Translations under genes and position numbers: made by a program
Assembly: GCF_965237845.1 (NCBI RefSeq)
Contig: NZ_OZ250154.1
Span: forward strand, 2,589,141-2,653,140
Direction: 5' to 3'
Source of the DNA: Candidatus Spongiihabitans sp.
Lineage (GTDB): Bacteria; Pseudomonadota; Gammaproteobacteria; Arenicellales; Poriferihabitantaceae
DNA length: 64,000 nt
The notes under the pieces: generated by a model
Database searches by the model: none
What the model was told of the DNA's origin: nothing
Seen by the model: only the letters and a program-made list of their open reading frames with translations
In this document: positions 53,566 through 61,737 of the stretch, in pieces
Layout of the letters: the number at the start of each line of letters is the position of its first letter
Numbering within the stretch: the first letter of the stretch is position 1

Positions 53566-54906
53566 TTACAGTAATCGCATAATGTCGTTATAAAACGCCA
53601 ATACCATTAGCATGAGGATCATGGCGATGCCGATTTGCTGCCCCCAAATCATAATTTTTTCCGATGGCGCCTTGCCGGTTATTGCTTCAATCAAAAAATA
53701 CATCAAGTGCCCGCCATCGAGAACCGGGATAGGCAATAGATTTAACAAGCCCAGGCTAACGCTGATGATAGCCAGGAATTTTAAAAAATCAGCATAACCC
53801 GATTTTACTGTTTGCCCGGCCAACCGGGCGATGGTGATGGGGCCGGATAAATTTTCCGATGACATTTTTGCGCTCAACATTCGCCCTAACGAGCGCAGGG
53901 TGATGGCCGTGGTTCTCCAATTATAGTCGAGTGACTGCCAGATGGATTCGAGGGGTCCAAATCGTAATGTCATATTCTCTAGTCGCGGTCTGTATAACCC
54001 GATCCGACCATATTGTTTTCCATCAACGGTGACTGAATTGGCAACCAGTGAAACATCAAACTGTTGCTGCCGCCTTAAAATAGTCAGCAGCAGCGTTTCA
54101 CCCGGTTTTTTAGAAATTTGCCTGGCCATATCAATCCAGTCATGCACCGCTACGCCGTCAATCGCCAAAATTTCATCCTCGGCGATCAGTCCGGCTTGCT
54201 CAGCCGGTGAATTTTCCACCACCTTGCTCACCTTGGCGGCGGGCGCAGGCGGCCAGATGCCTATTAGCGAGGTAATTGGCTGCCCGGCAACGGTTTGCTG
54301 ATCCAGCTCGCTAAAATCAATCTTTATGGTTCGACTGCCGTGCACCGGGTTGGCGACGGAAAATTCCAGCGGGTTTCCCTTCATTGCCTGATGCAACATA
54401 TAAAACTGATGCTGTCCCCAGGTTTTTACCGTCTTCCCATCCAGCTTGAGCATGACATCGCCCGCCTTGAACCCGGCGTTTTCCGCAATGGATTTTTCAA
54501 CGACCTGTCCTACAACCGGTTCAATGTCTGCGCTTCCGCTGACAAATACCAGCCAAATCGCAAAAATCGCAAACAGAAAATTAAAAATTGGCCCGGCCGC
54601 AACCACTGCGGTGCGCACCGCAAGTGATTTTCTATTGAACGCCTGGTGGATTTCTTCTGGCGCAACATCTCCCTCCCTTTCATCCAGCATTTTAACGAAT
54701 CCTCCTAACGGAATAATGCCAATGGAATACTCCGTGGGATCGTTTTTTCTTCGCCATTTAAGCATCGACTTACCAAATCCTATGGAAAACTTCAGTACCT
54801 TGACACCCAGTTTACGCGCCACCCAAAAATGCCCATACTCATGCACCGCAACTAAAATTGCGATAGCGAGTAAAAACCCCAAGAAACTATAACCAAAATC
54901 ACTCAT
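53566..54906 (-). CDS. rseP: Intramembrane protease RseP
   Basis: HEYGH motif, PDZ domains, NLLPIPVLDGG. Confidence 0.98.
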   Translation of the reverse strand: MSDFGYSFLGFLLAIAILVAVHEYGHFWVARKLGVKVLKFSIGFGKSMLKWRRKNDPTEYSIGIIPLGGFVKMLDEREGDVAPEEIHQAFNRKSLAVRTAVVAAGPIFNFLFAIFAIWLVFVSGSADIEPVVGQVVEKSIAENAGFKAGDVMLKLDGKTVKTWGQHQFYMLHQAMKGNPLEFSVANPVHGSRTIKIDFSELDQQTVAGQPITSLIGIWPPAPAAKVSKVVENSPAEQAGLIAEDEILAIDGVAVHDWIDMARQISKKPGETLLLTILRRQQQFDVSLVANSVTVDGKQYGRIGLYRPRLENMTLRFGPLESIWQSLDYNWRTTAITLRSLGRMLSAKMSSENLSGPITIARLAGQTVKSGYADFLKFLAIISVSLGLLNLLPIPVLDGGHLMYFLIEAITGKAPSEKIMIWGQQIGIAMILMLMVLAFYNDIMRLL

Positions 54907-54966
54907 CTTCTTTTCTTAACATGACTAAAATAAATTACCAGAACATCTTATTAACGCAGAACTGCG

Positions 54967-56241
54967 TTAGTTAAATGACGCACAAAGCAACTCTTTACAC
55001 TCCATCCTCGCGGCGCGGTCAGCGGCTAACACCGTGTCCAGATCGTTTGCGTTATCAATATCTGATCGCTCCATTGTACGCTCAACCAACCGCGCGATTT
55101 TATCAAAAGTAATCTGTCCATTCAGAAATGCGTCCACTGCCACCTCATTGGCGGCATTCATAGTCGCAGGCAACGTTCCGCCGCTTTGTGCTGCATTTTG
55201 AGCCAGTCTTAATGCCGGAAAGCGACCGTCATCCGGAGCTTCGAAATCGAAGCGGGCAATTTCTCGCAAGCTTAGCGGCTTGGCGCCAGACGCTATTCTA
55301 TTCGGCCATGCCAAAGCACTTGCAATGGGCGCCCGCATGTCGGGGCTGCCCATTTGCGCGAGGATTGATCCATCAATGTATTCCACCATGGAATGAATCA
55401 CGCTTTGGGGATGAACCACAATTTCGATCATGCTTGCGGATACACCGAACAATGCACAGGCCTCGATCAACTCCAATCCTTTGTTCATCATAGTCGCGGA
55501 ATCCACAGAAATCTTTCGCCCCATTTGCCAGTTTGGGTGGGCGCAGGCTTGGTCTGGTGTGACCGATGACAGTTTATCCAGCGGTAACTGTCTTAACGGC
55601 CCGCCAGAACCGGTCAATAATATTTTCTTAATGCCCAGGTTTTTAATGTCCAGGTTTTTAATGCCCAGGTTTTTAATGCCCAGGTCTTCGGTAGCCGTTG
55701 CATTGCCACGGCCATTGAGATGCGCCAAAAACTGTTGCGGCAGGCATTGAAATATAGCGTTGTGTTCACTGTCCAGAGGTAACAGGCAGGCCGCATTGTC
55801 TCTGGCCAACTGCACGATATATTCGCCCAGCATCACCAAGGGCTCCTTATTGGCTATCAAAACCTTGTTGCCCGACTTTACCGCGGCAATCGTCGACATC
55901 AATCCGGCTGCCCCGACGATAGCGCATACTATTGTTTCGCCCAGTTGACCCGCAATTGAACATAGCGCTTGTGGTCCGCTTTCCAAATCAATACGCATGC
56001 CTGTTTTCTTGATTTTTTTTTGTAGTTCCTGTGCACAATTTGGATCTACCATCACAACTTTTTCGGGTTGGAACTTCTGGCATTGCGCGAACATCACCGA
56101 CACATTGGTATTCGCCGACAACGCGCAGACATGGTATTTATCCGGGTGCCTTGAGATCACATCCAGGGTGTTTATCCCAATTGAGCCGGTGGAGCCCAAC
56201 AATGTTACTCCGATGGTCTTGCCGGTGGTCATAGCGGCCAT
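54967..56241 (-). CDS. dxr: 1-deoxy-D-xylulose-5-phosphate reductoisomerase
   Basis: LGSTGSIG, LPLDSEH and HPNWQMGRKISVDSATMMNKGLE motifs. Confidence 0.98.
   Translation of the reverse strand: MAAMTTGKTIGVTLLGSTGSIGINTLDVISRHPDKYHVCALSANTNVSVMFAQCQKFQPEKVVMVDPNCAQELQKKIKKTGMRIDLESGPQALCSIAGQLGETIVCAIVGAAGLMSTIAAVKSGNKVLIANKEPLVMLGEYIVQLARDNAACLLPLDSEHNAIFQCLPQQFLAHLNGRGNATATEDLGIKNLGIKNLDIKNLGIKKILLTGSGGPLRQLPLDKLSSVTPDQACAHPNWQMGRKISVDSATMMNKGLELIEACALFGVSASMIEIVVHPQSVIHSMVEYIDGSILAQMGSPDMRAPIASALAWPNRIASGAKPLSLREIARFDFEAPDDGRFPALRLAQNAAQSGGTLPATMNAANEVAVDAFLNGQITFDKIARLVERTMERSDIDNANDLDTVLAADRAARMECKELLCASFN
55628..55685. repeat. In-frame 15-bp tandem repeat x4 inside dxr (ttaatgcccaggttt)
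   Basis: Encodes DLGIK-NLGIK-NLDIK-NLGIK. Confidence 0.92.
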
Positions 56242-57092
56242 TTCCCCGGCATTATAAAAACAGGCGTCATAAAAACCAGCGTCGCAAAGACCGGTGTTGC
56301 TGCGATTACACCGTCAATTCGATCCAAAACACCGCCGTGTCCGGGTAATAAATGACCACTATCCTTAACGCCTGCGAGTCGTTTTAACCGACTTTCGTAC
56401 AGATCGCCCACCACACTAAAAACGGCGGCGCATAACCCCGCTGCCATCCAAACCGATAAAATATCAGATGAAAAATCGAGCACAAAGAACCCAAACAAAC
56501 CAGCGATTAAAAAAGAGCCAAACAAGCCGCCAATGACGCCTTCCACGGTTTTATTTGGGCTTAAACCGGGCGCCAGCCTGTTTCGGCCAAATGCCTTGCC
56601 GGTGAAATACGCAAAACTGTCGGCGGCCCAGACCATGACCAATAGGGCTATGGTTGCAATTGGCCCCTGTTCAGTTTGCTGATGGAGAAGAACCAGTGCT
56701 GCCCAGGCCGCGAGCAAACAAAATACGCCCAGGGGAAATGCACACTTCGAACCCGATGCCGAACTAGACACCGAACCAGACAATTGCGATCGATTAAATC
56801 GTTGTCCGAATTGTTGCAAGGCATAAATTTGATAAGCCCAAAATAAAGCGGCCAGAGCGCATATCGCAAACAATAATTTGGGTTGGGAAACCAACCACCA
56901 GGCTGCGACCGCCAACCCAATGGCTGCGATTGAAAATATCCCTGAAGATTTAATGGTTAATCGGTTCCATTCATATAATCCCATCAGCGTCACAGCCAAA
57001 AGAAAAACGCTGAACCAGTGGGTTGACAGGGTCAGGGTCAGCAGAATAACTACCGGGGCCAACACCAGGACGGTAATAATACGAACCAACAT
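56229..57092 (-). CDS. cdsA: Phosphatidate cytidylyltransferase
   Basis: SPNKTVEG and GDLYES..KR.AGVKDSG..LPGHGGVLDRID motifs. Confidence 0.97.
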   Translation of the reverse strand: MLVRIITVLVLAPVVILLTLTLSTHWFSVFLLAVTLMGLYEWNRLTIKSSGIFSIAAIGLAVAAWWLVSQPKLLFAICALAALFWAYQIYALQQFGQRFNRSQLSGSVSSSASGSKCAFPLGVFCLLAAWAALVLLHQQTEQGPIATIALLVMVWAADSFAYFTGKAFGRNRLAPGLSPNKTVEGVIGGLFGSFLIAGLFGFFVLDFSSDILSVWMAAGLCAAVFSVVGDLYESRLKRLAGVKDSGHLLPGHGGVLDRIDGVIAATPVFATLVFMTPVFIMPGKWPL

Positions 57093-57844
57093 TATTCCAG
57101 TTGTTTAATTTGTGCACTGGTCTTGCCAAAACGTCGTTGCCGGTTTGCAAAGGTTTGCAACGCCTTATCAAAACATGCTTGATTAAAATCAGGCCAATAA
57201 ATATGGGTAAAGTACAGCTCTGTATAGGCTAATTGCCATAACAAAAAATTACTTATTCTTTGTTCGCCGCCGGTGCGAATAAAAAAATCCGGTTCCGGAA
57301 GTTCATGGGTGCATAACTGCGATTCGATCAGCTCAGGGGTGATTGATGCGGATGGAATCTCTCCCTGCTCAACCAACTCCACTATGGATTTGCACGCTTC
57401 CAGCAGGTCCCATTTACCGCCATAATTGATGGCGATGGTAAGATTTAGCGCTTTATTGTTGCGGGTAAGTTCATCGGCATCGGTAATGGCCTGCTGCAAT
57501 CGCTGTGGAAATCTGCTCAAATCCCCAATTATCCGCAGTCTGATCCTGTGCTCATGCAAGCCAAGCAGTTCGTTTTCCAACGTTGACGCTAACAGCTCAA
57601 GTAAAAGTGTTACTTCGGTAGAGGGGCGTTTCCAGTTTTCACGGCTAAATGCAAACAGGGTTAGATAGGGAATTCCGCGTTGGCCACAGGTTTGAACCAT
57701 GCTTTTTATGATCTCGACACCCTGGCGGTGTCCGGCAACTCTGGGCAGTCCCCGTTGTTTCGCCCAACGCCCATTACCATCCATGATTACCGCAATGTGC
57801 CGCGGCGTATTGCCATAGTTTTCGACTGGATCTGGAGCAGACAC
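57092..57844 (-). CDS. uppS: Undecaprenyl diphosphate synthase
   Basis: HIAVIMDGNGRWA and RTGGEQRISNFLLWQ motifs. Confidence 0.98.
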   Translation of the reverse strand: MSAPDPVENYGNTPRHIAVIMDGNGRWAKQRGLPRVAGHRQGVEIIKSMVQTCGQRGIPYLTLFAFSRENWKRPSTEVTLLLELLASTLENELLGLHEHRIRLRIIGDLSRFPQRLQQAITDADELTRNNKALNLTIAINYGGKWDLLEACKSIVELVEQGEIPSASITPELIESQLCTHELPEPDFFIRTGGEQRISNFLLWQLAYTELYFTHIYWPDFNQACFDKALQTFANRQRRFGKTSAQIKQLE

Positions 57845-57896
57845 GGCAGAGTAATTTGAAGGCGCAGTAAAAGGCTTTTTATTTCCCGAATAAAAC

Positions 57897-58454
57897 CTAA
57901 ACTTCCATTACTTCTTTTTCTTTTTCCGTGACCACGCTATCGATTATCCCAATATACTTATCTGTTAATGCCTGCATCTCGGTTTCCGACCGTTTTTCCT
58001 GATCTTCGGTAATTTCCTTTTCTTTTAAAAGCTCCCGAGCGGTATGGATGGCATCCCGACGAATATTTCTGATCGCAATCTTGCCATTCTCGCCCTCGTG
58101 TTTAACTACCCTGCCGAGTTCGATGCGACGCTCTTCGGTCATCGGTGGCAATGGAATTCTCATGCTCTCACCCGCAGTAACCGGATTCAATCCCAAATCC
58201 GACTCCAGAATCGCTTTTTCAATCACTGGCAGCATTTGTTTTTCCCACGGCTGCACGCTCAGTGTCCTCGCATCCGCAACGGATACGGTAGCAACCTGGT
58301 TTATCGGGGTCGCTGTGCCATAGTAGTCAACCGACAAATGATCTAAAAGTGCAGTGGTGGCGCGCCCGGTGCGAATTCGAGCCATTTCGTCCCGAGTCGA
58401 ATCCACGGTTTTATTCATTCGTTGTTCGGCATCTTTTTTGATTTCATTTAACAT
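57897..58454 (-). CDS. frr: Ribosome recycling factor
   Basis: IRTGRA, LGLNP, P.MTEERR and AIRNIRRDA motifs. Confidence 0.98.
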   Translation of the reverse strand: MLNEIKKDAEQRMNKTVDSTRDEMARIRTGRATTALLDHLSVDYYGTATPINQVATVSVADARTLSVQPWEKQMLPVIEKAILESDLGLNPVTAGESMRIPLPPMTEERRIELGRVVKHEGENGKIAIRNIRRDAIHTARELLKEKEITEDQEKRSETEMQALTDKYIGIIDSVVTEKEKEVMEV

Positions 58455-58686
58455 GACTAAAAACGCTTATGGTAGGTGATTCTTTTCACAAAAATGAGAA
58501 CGGTCAGCAAAGGGGATATAGTAGCAGAAACCCAATACGGATATTGATCGCAGACGCATCAGCGCCTCAACATGCAGATAACGAATTGCAGATGACCCAC
58601 CAGGATTGCCGCGGGGTGCCGCCAAGGGAGAGCAAGTGGGGTGAGCAAGCGCCGTTAGCGCGATCAGCATGAGCGCCGAGCGTTTA

Positions 58687-59622
58687 TCAGGCGCCCGCCT
58701 GGGCCATTACGTCCGCGACAAAGTCATGCTTATGCTTTTCAATGCCTTCGCCAACCTCAAACCGCACCATCCGGGTTATGGTCACGCCCGCTTCTTTTAT
58801 CAAGTCGCCAACAGTTTGATCAGTATTTTTTACGAAAGGCTGCCCAAGCAACGTATTTTCTTTCAGGAATTTCGTTATGCGACCGCCCACCATTTTCGTT
58901 ATGATATCCGCCGATTTTCCACTTTCTTCAGCCTGGGCAATAAAAATTTCTTTTTCTTTATGCAGCAAACTACTGTCCATCTCTTGTTCAGAAATGCACA
59001 AAGGCCTGCTGGCGGCGATGTGCATTGCGATATCGCGACTCAGTGCCTTAACGCCGTCCTTGATGCCGTCTGCAGTACCGCCACTTAGTTTGACCAGCAC
59101 GCCGATTTTTGAGCCATGCAAGTAACATCCGACAACACCGTCTTCTGCGTCAACCCGAGCAAATCGCCGGACGCTGATGTTTTCTCCGATTTTGGTAATT
59201 AACGCCTGTCGAGCGGCCTCCACAGAATGACCATTTTCTAGATTGATTGACGCCAGCCACTCGTTGTCAGTAGCGTTGTCCGCAGGCACGTTGCTCAAAG
59301 CCGCCTGGGCAACGCTGTTAGAAAAACTTTGAAAGGAGGCGTCTTTGGCAACAAAATCGGTTTCACTGTTGACTTCCACCAATACGCTGGCAGATGGGTC
59401 ATGAGCGGAAACAATGACACCTTCGGCGGCAATACGTCCCGCTTTTTTCTGTGCCACAGCGGCCCCTTTTTTACGCAAATTTTCTATCGCTAAGGCCATA
59501 ACATTGGCCATATCAACATTGGCCATATCGCCACCGGCTTCGGCCAATGCTTTTTTGCAATCCATCATGCCCGCGCCGGTTCGTTGGCGCAGTTCTTTAA
59601 TCATTGCTGCAGTAATTGCCAT
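58687..59622 (-). CDS. tsf: Elongation factor Ts
   Basis: ELRQRTGAGMMDCKKAL, EVNSETDFV and RFEVGEG motifs. Confidence 0.98.
   Translation of the reverse strand: MAITAAMIKELRQRTGAGMMDCKKALAEAGGDMANVDMANVMALAIENLRKKGAAVAQKKAGRIAAEGVIVSAHDPSASVLVEVNSETDFVAKDASFQSFSNSVAQAALSNVPADNATDNEWLASINLENGHSVEAARQALITKIGENISVRRFARVDAEDGVVGCYLHGSKIGVLVKLSGGTADGIKDGVKALSRDIAMHIAASRPLCISEQEMDSSLLHKEKEIFIAQAEESGKSADIITKMVGGRITKFLKENTLLGQPFVKNTDQTVGDLIKEAGVTITRMVRFEVGEGIEKHKHDFVADVMAQAGA
59494..59529. repeat. In-frame 15-bp tandem duplication in tsf (aacattggccatatc x2 plus a partial copy)
   Basis: Encodes DMANV-DMANV-MA. Confidence 0.88.
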
Positions 59623-59704
59623 TTATTCAGGCTCCTGATAATGTGTTATTTGGTCTATCAACCAGAAACAATTTGTTTTTGAAAAAACTCCGGGCAGCTT
59701 CGGT

Positions 59705-60724
59705 CTAGGTGGTTTTTGATGTTATTTTCTTTTTAGCGGCTTTTTTCTTGGTCACTTTACCCTGTTTACCCCTGGACGTTTTTTCTTTATCGGCGTCTTT
59801 TGTTTCTGCTTTATTTTTGGTCTCTTTCTTACTGGCAATTTTCTTCCTGGTTACTTTCTTCCTGGTTACTTTTTTGACTTCTGGTTTTTCTTCTGGTGCG
59901 GAAGGCGCTGCATCAGCCGCCGCGGCTGGTTTGGCAACTGACTTCTTTACCACAACCTTTGCGCTGACCGTGGTCGCAATCTGGTCCAAATCATCGACTT
60001 CAACGTATTCGTCGTCACCCGCGACGATGTCTATGCTTTTGGCGGCGGCGCGGGCTTCAATAATCGCGTCCGCGGCCGCTTCCAAATACAACGTGATCGC
60101 CTTGGAGGAGTCATCGTTGCCAGGTATGACATAGTCCACGCCTTTCATGGAGCAGTTGGAATCAACTACCGCAATGACAGGAATACCCAGTTTATTGGCT
60201 TCAGCCACCGCGATATATTCATGCTCAACATCAATCACAAACAAAGCGTCTGGCAGGCCGTTCATATTTTTTATACCGGAAAGCGTTCTATCCAGTTTGG
60301 CGCGCTCTCTTTCAAGGGATAATCCTTCTTTCTTGCTTAATCGCGCAGTCGCATTTGAGGCGATGCGCTGCTCAATCTCTTTTAGGCGAACAATCGAATT
60401 CTTTACGGTTTTAAAGTTAGTTAACATGCCGCCCAACCAGCGGTGATCAACATAGGGTGTCGCGCAACGGATGGCCTGCTCTCTTACGATTTTTCCTGCC
60501 TGGCGTTTAGTGCCGACAAAAAGTACGTTGCCGCGTTGATTGGTAACCGATCCGATGTAGTTCATTGCCTCGTTCAACATAGGCAATGTTTTATCCAGGT
60601 TTATAATATGGATTTTATTGCGGTCGCCAAAAATATACGGCGCCATTGAGGGTGACCAGTAACGCGTCTGGTGTCCGAAGTGCACGCCAGCTTGCAGTAG
60701 CTGGCGCATAGTAATCTCTGTCAT
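59705..60724 (-). CDS. rpsB: 30S ribosomal protein S2 with long Lys-rich C-terminal tail
   Basis: [18 protein letters not shown] and IPGNDD motifs; start placed at MTEITM. Confidence 0.98.
   Translation of the reverse strand: MTEITMRQLLQAGVHFGHQTRYWSPSMAPYIFGDRNKIHIINLDKTLPMLNEAMNYIGSVTNQRGNVLFVGTKRQAGKIVREQAIRCATPYVDHRWLGGMLTNFKTVKNSIVRLKEIEQRIASNATARLSKKEGLSLERERAKLDRTLSGIKNMNGLPDALFVIDVEHEYIAVAEANKLGIPVIAVVDSNCSMKGVDYVIPGNDDSSKAITLYLEAAADAIIEARAAAKSIDIVAGDDEYVEVDDLDQIATTVSAKVVVKKSVAKPAAAADAAPSAPEEKPEVKKVTRKKVTRKKIASKKETKNKAETKDADKEKTSRGKQGKVTKKKAAKKKITSKTT
59841..59870. repeat. In-frame 15-bp perfect duplication in the rpsB tail (ttcttcctggttact x2)
   Basis: Encodes [10 protein letters not shown]. 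Confidence 0.88.
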
Positions 60725-60744
60725 GCAAATGTTTATTGTGTCGT

Positions 60745-60854
60745 GGGTTGAGCCTCCACGGTTACTGTCGCCAACCTGCAAAAATCGGCTTCATTGCTGT
60801 ACCATTAACGAAGCTGGCTTTGCCGGCACCCAGGCGAACATAATTGCCGTGTGC
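60745..60854 (-). promoter_or_regulatory. rpsB leader (S2 autoregulatory / t44-like RNA)
   Basis: CACAC...GGGUG...GUGGAGGC..AACCC motifs directly upstream of rpsB. Confidence 0.75.
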
Positions 60855-60907
60855 GAATTAATGCCGATACGCTATTTATGGTTAGCGCATCGGCATCAGG
60901 GTGGCGG

Positions 60908-60916
60908 ATTCTACCA
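60908..60916 (-). promoter_or_regulatory. Extended -10 promoter of rpsB-tsf
   Basis: TGgTAGAAT followed by GC-rich ccgccaccc; rpsB promoters of gammaproteobacteria are typically extended -10. Confidence 0.55.
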
Positions 60917-60984
60917 AAAAGAGTTGAATAAAAAAGCGTAATTTGGGAGCATAGCCATCCTTTTTCGCATAATTATGATAAAAA

Positions 60985-61737
60985 ATGCCTGTAACCATCA
61001 AAAATAAGGAAGAAATCGAAAAAATGCGTGTCGCCGGGCGTCTTGCCGCCCAGGTACTCGATATGATTCAGGGGGAAGTCAAAGCCGGCGTTTCCACCGA
61101 ACAGCTCAATGCCATCTGCCATGACTACATCGTTAACGAGCAGGATGCCATCCCGGCGCCGCTAAATTACCGTGGCTTCCCCAAATCAATTTGCACCTCG
61201 GTCAATCATGTAATTTGCCATGGCATCCCGTCCGACAAAGTTCTAAAAAACGGTGACATTATCAATATTGATATTACTGTGATCAAGGATGAGTTTCATG
61301 GCGATACCAGCAGAATGTTTTATGTTGGAGAACCCTCTATTCGAGCGAAGCGGCTGAGTGAAATCAGTTTCGAATGTATGCACAAAGGGATTGAACTGGT
61401 CAAACCCGGGGTGCAGCTCGGTGATATCGGGCACGTGATTCAGCAACATGCCGAAAATAATGGTTTCTCAGTGGTTCGTGAATACTGCGGCCACGGCATC
61501 GGTCGGGTGTTCCATGAAGACCCGCAAGTTTTACACTACGGAACCCCTGGAACCGGGCTGGCAATAAAACCGGGCATGACGTTTACCATCGAACCCATGG
61601 TCAATGCCGGCAACAAGGAAACCCGGCTGCTCAAGGATAACTGGACCGTGGTCACCAAAGACCGAAGCCTTTCTGCACAATGGGAGCACACCATACTGGT
61701 CACCGATAGTGGTTACGAGATTCTCACCCTGCCATGA
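60985..61737 (+). CDS. map: Methionine aminopeptidase
   Basis: CHGIP, HGDTSR, GHGIG, TIEPM and AQWEHT motifs. Confidence 0.98.
   Translation: MPVTIKNKEEIEKMRVAGRLAAQVLDMIQGEVKAGVSTEQLNAICHDYIVNEQDAIPAPLNYRGFPKSICTSVNHVICHGIPSDKVLKNGDIINIDITVIKDEFHGDTSRMFYVGEPSIRAKRLSEISFECMHKGIELVKPGVQLGDIGHVIQQHAENNGFSVVREYCGHGIGRVFHEDPQVLHYGTPGTGLAIKPGMTFTIEPMVNAGNKETRLLKDNWTVVTKDRSLSAQWEHTILVTDSGYEILTLP

Noticed and set aside
58467-58672. Two opposing 67-aa ORFs in the tsf-frr spacer
   Set aside because: Neither resembles PyrH or any family I recognise, so they are probably spurious.
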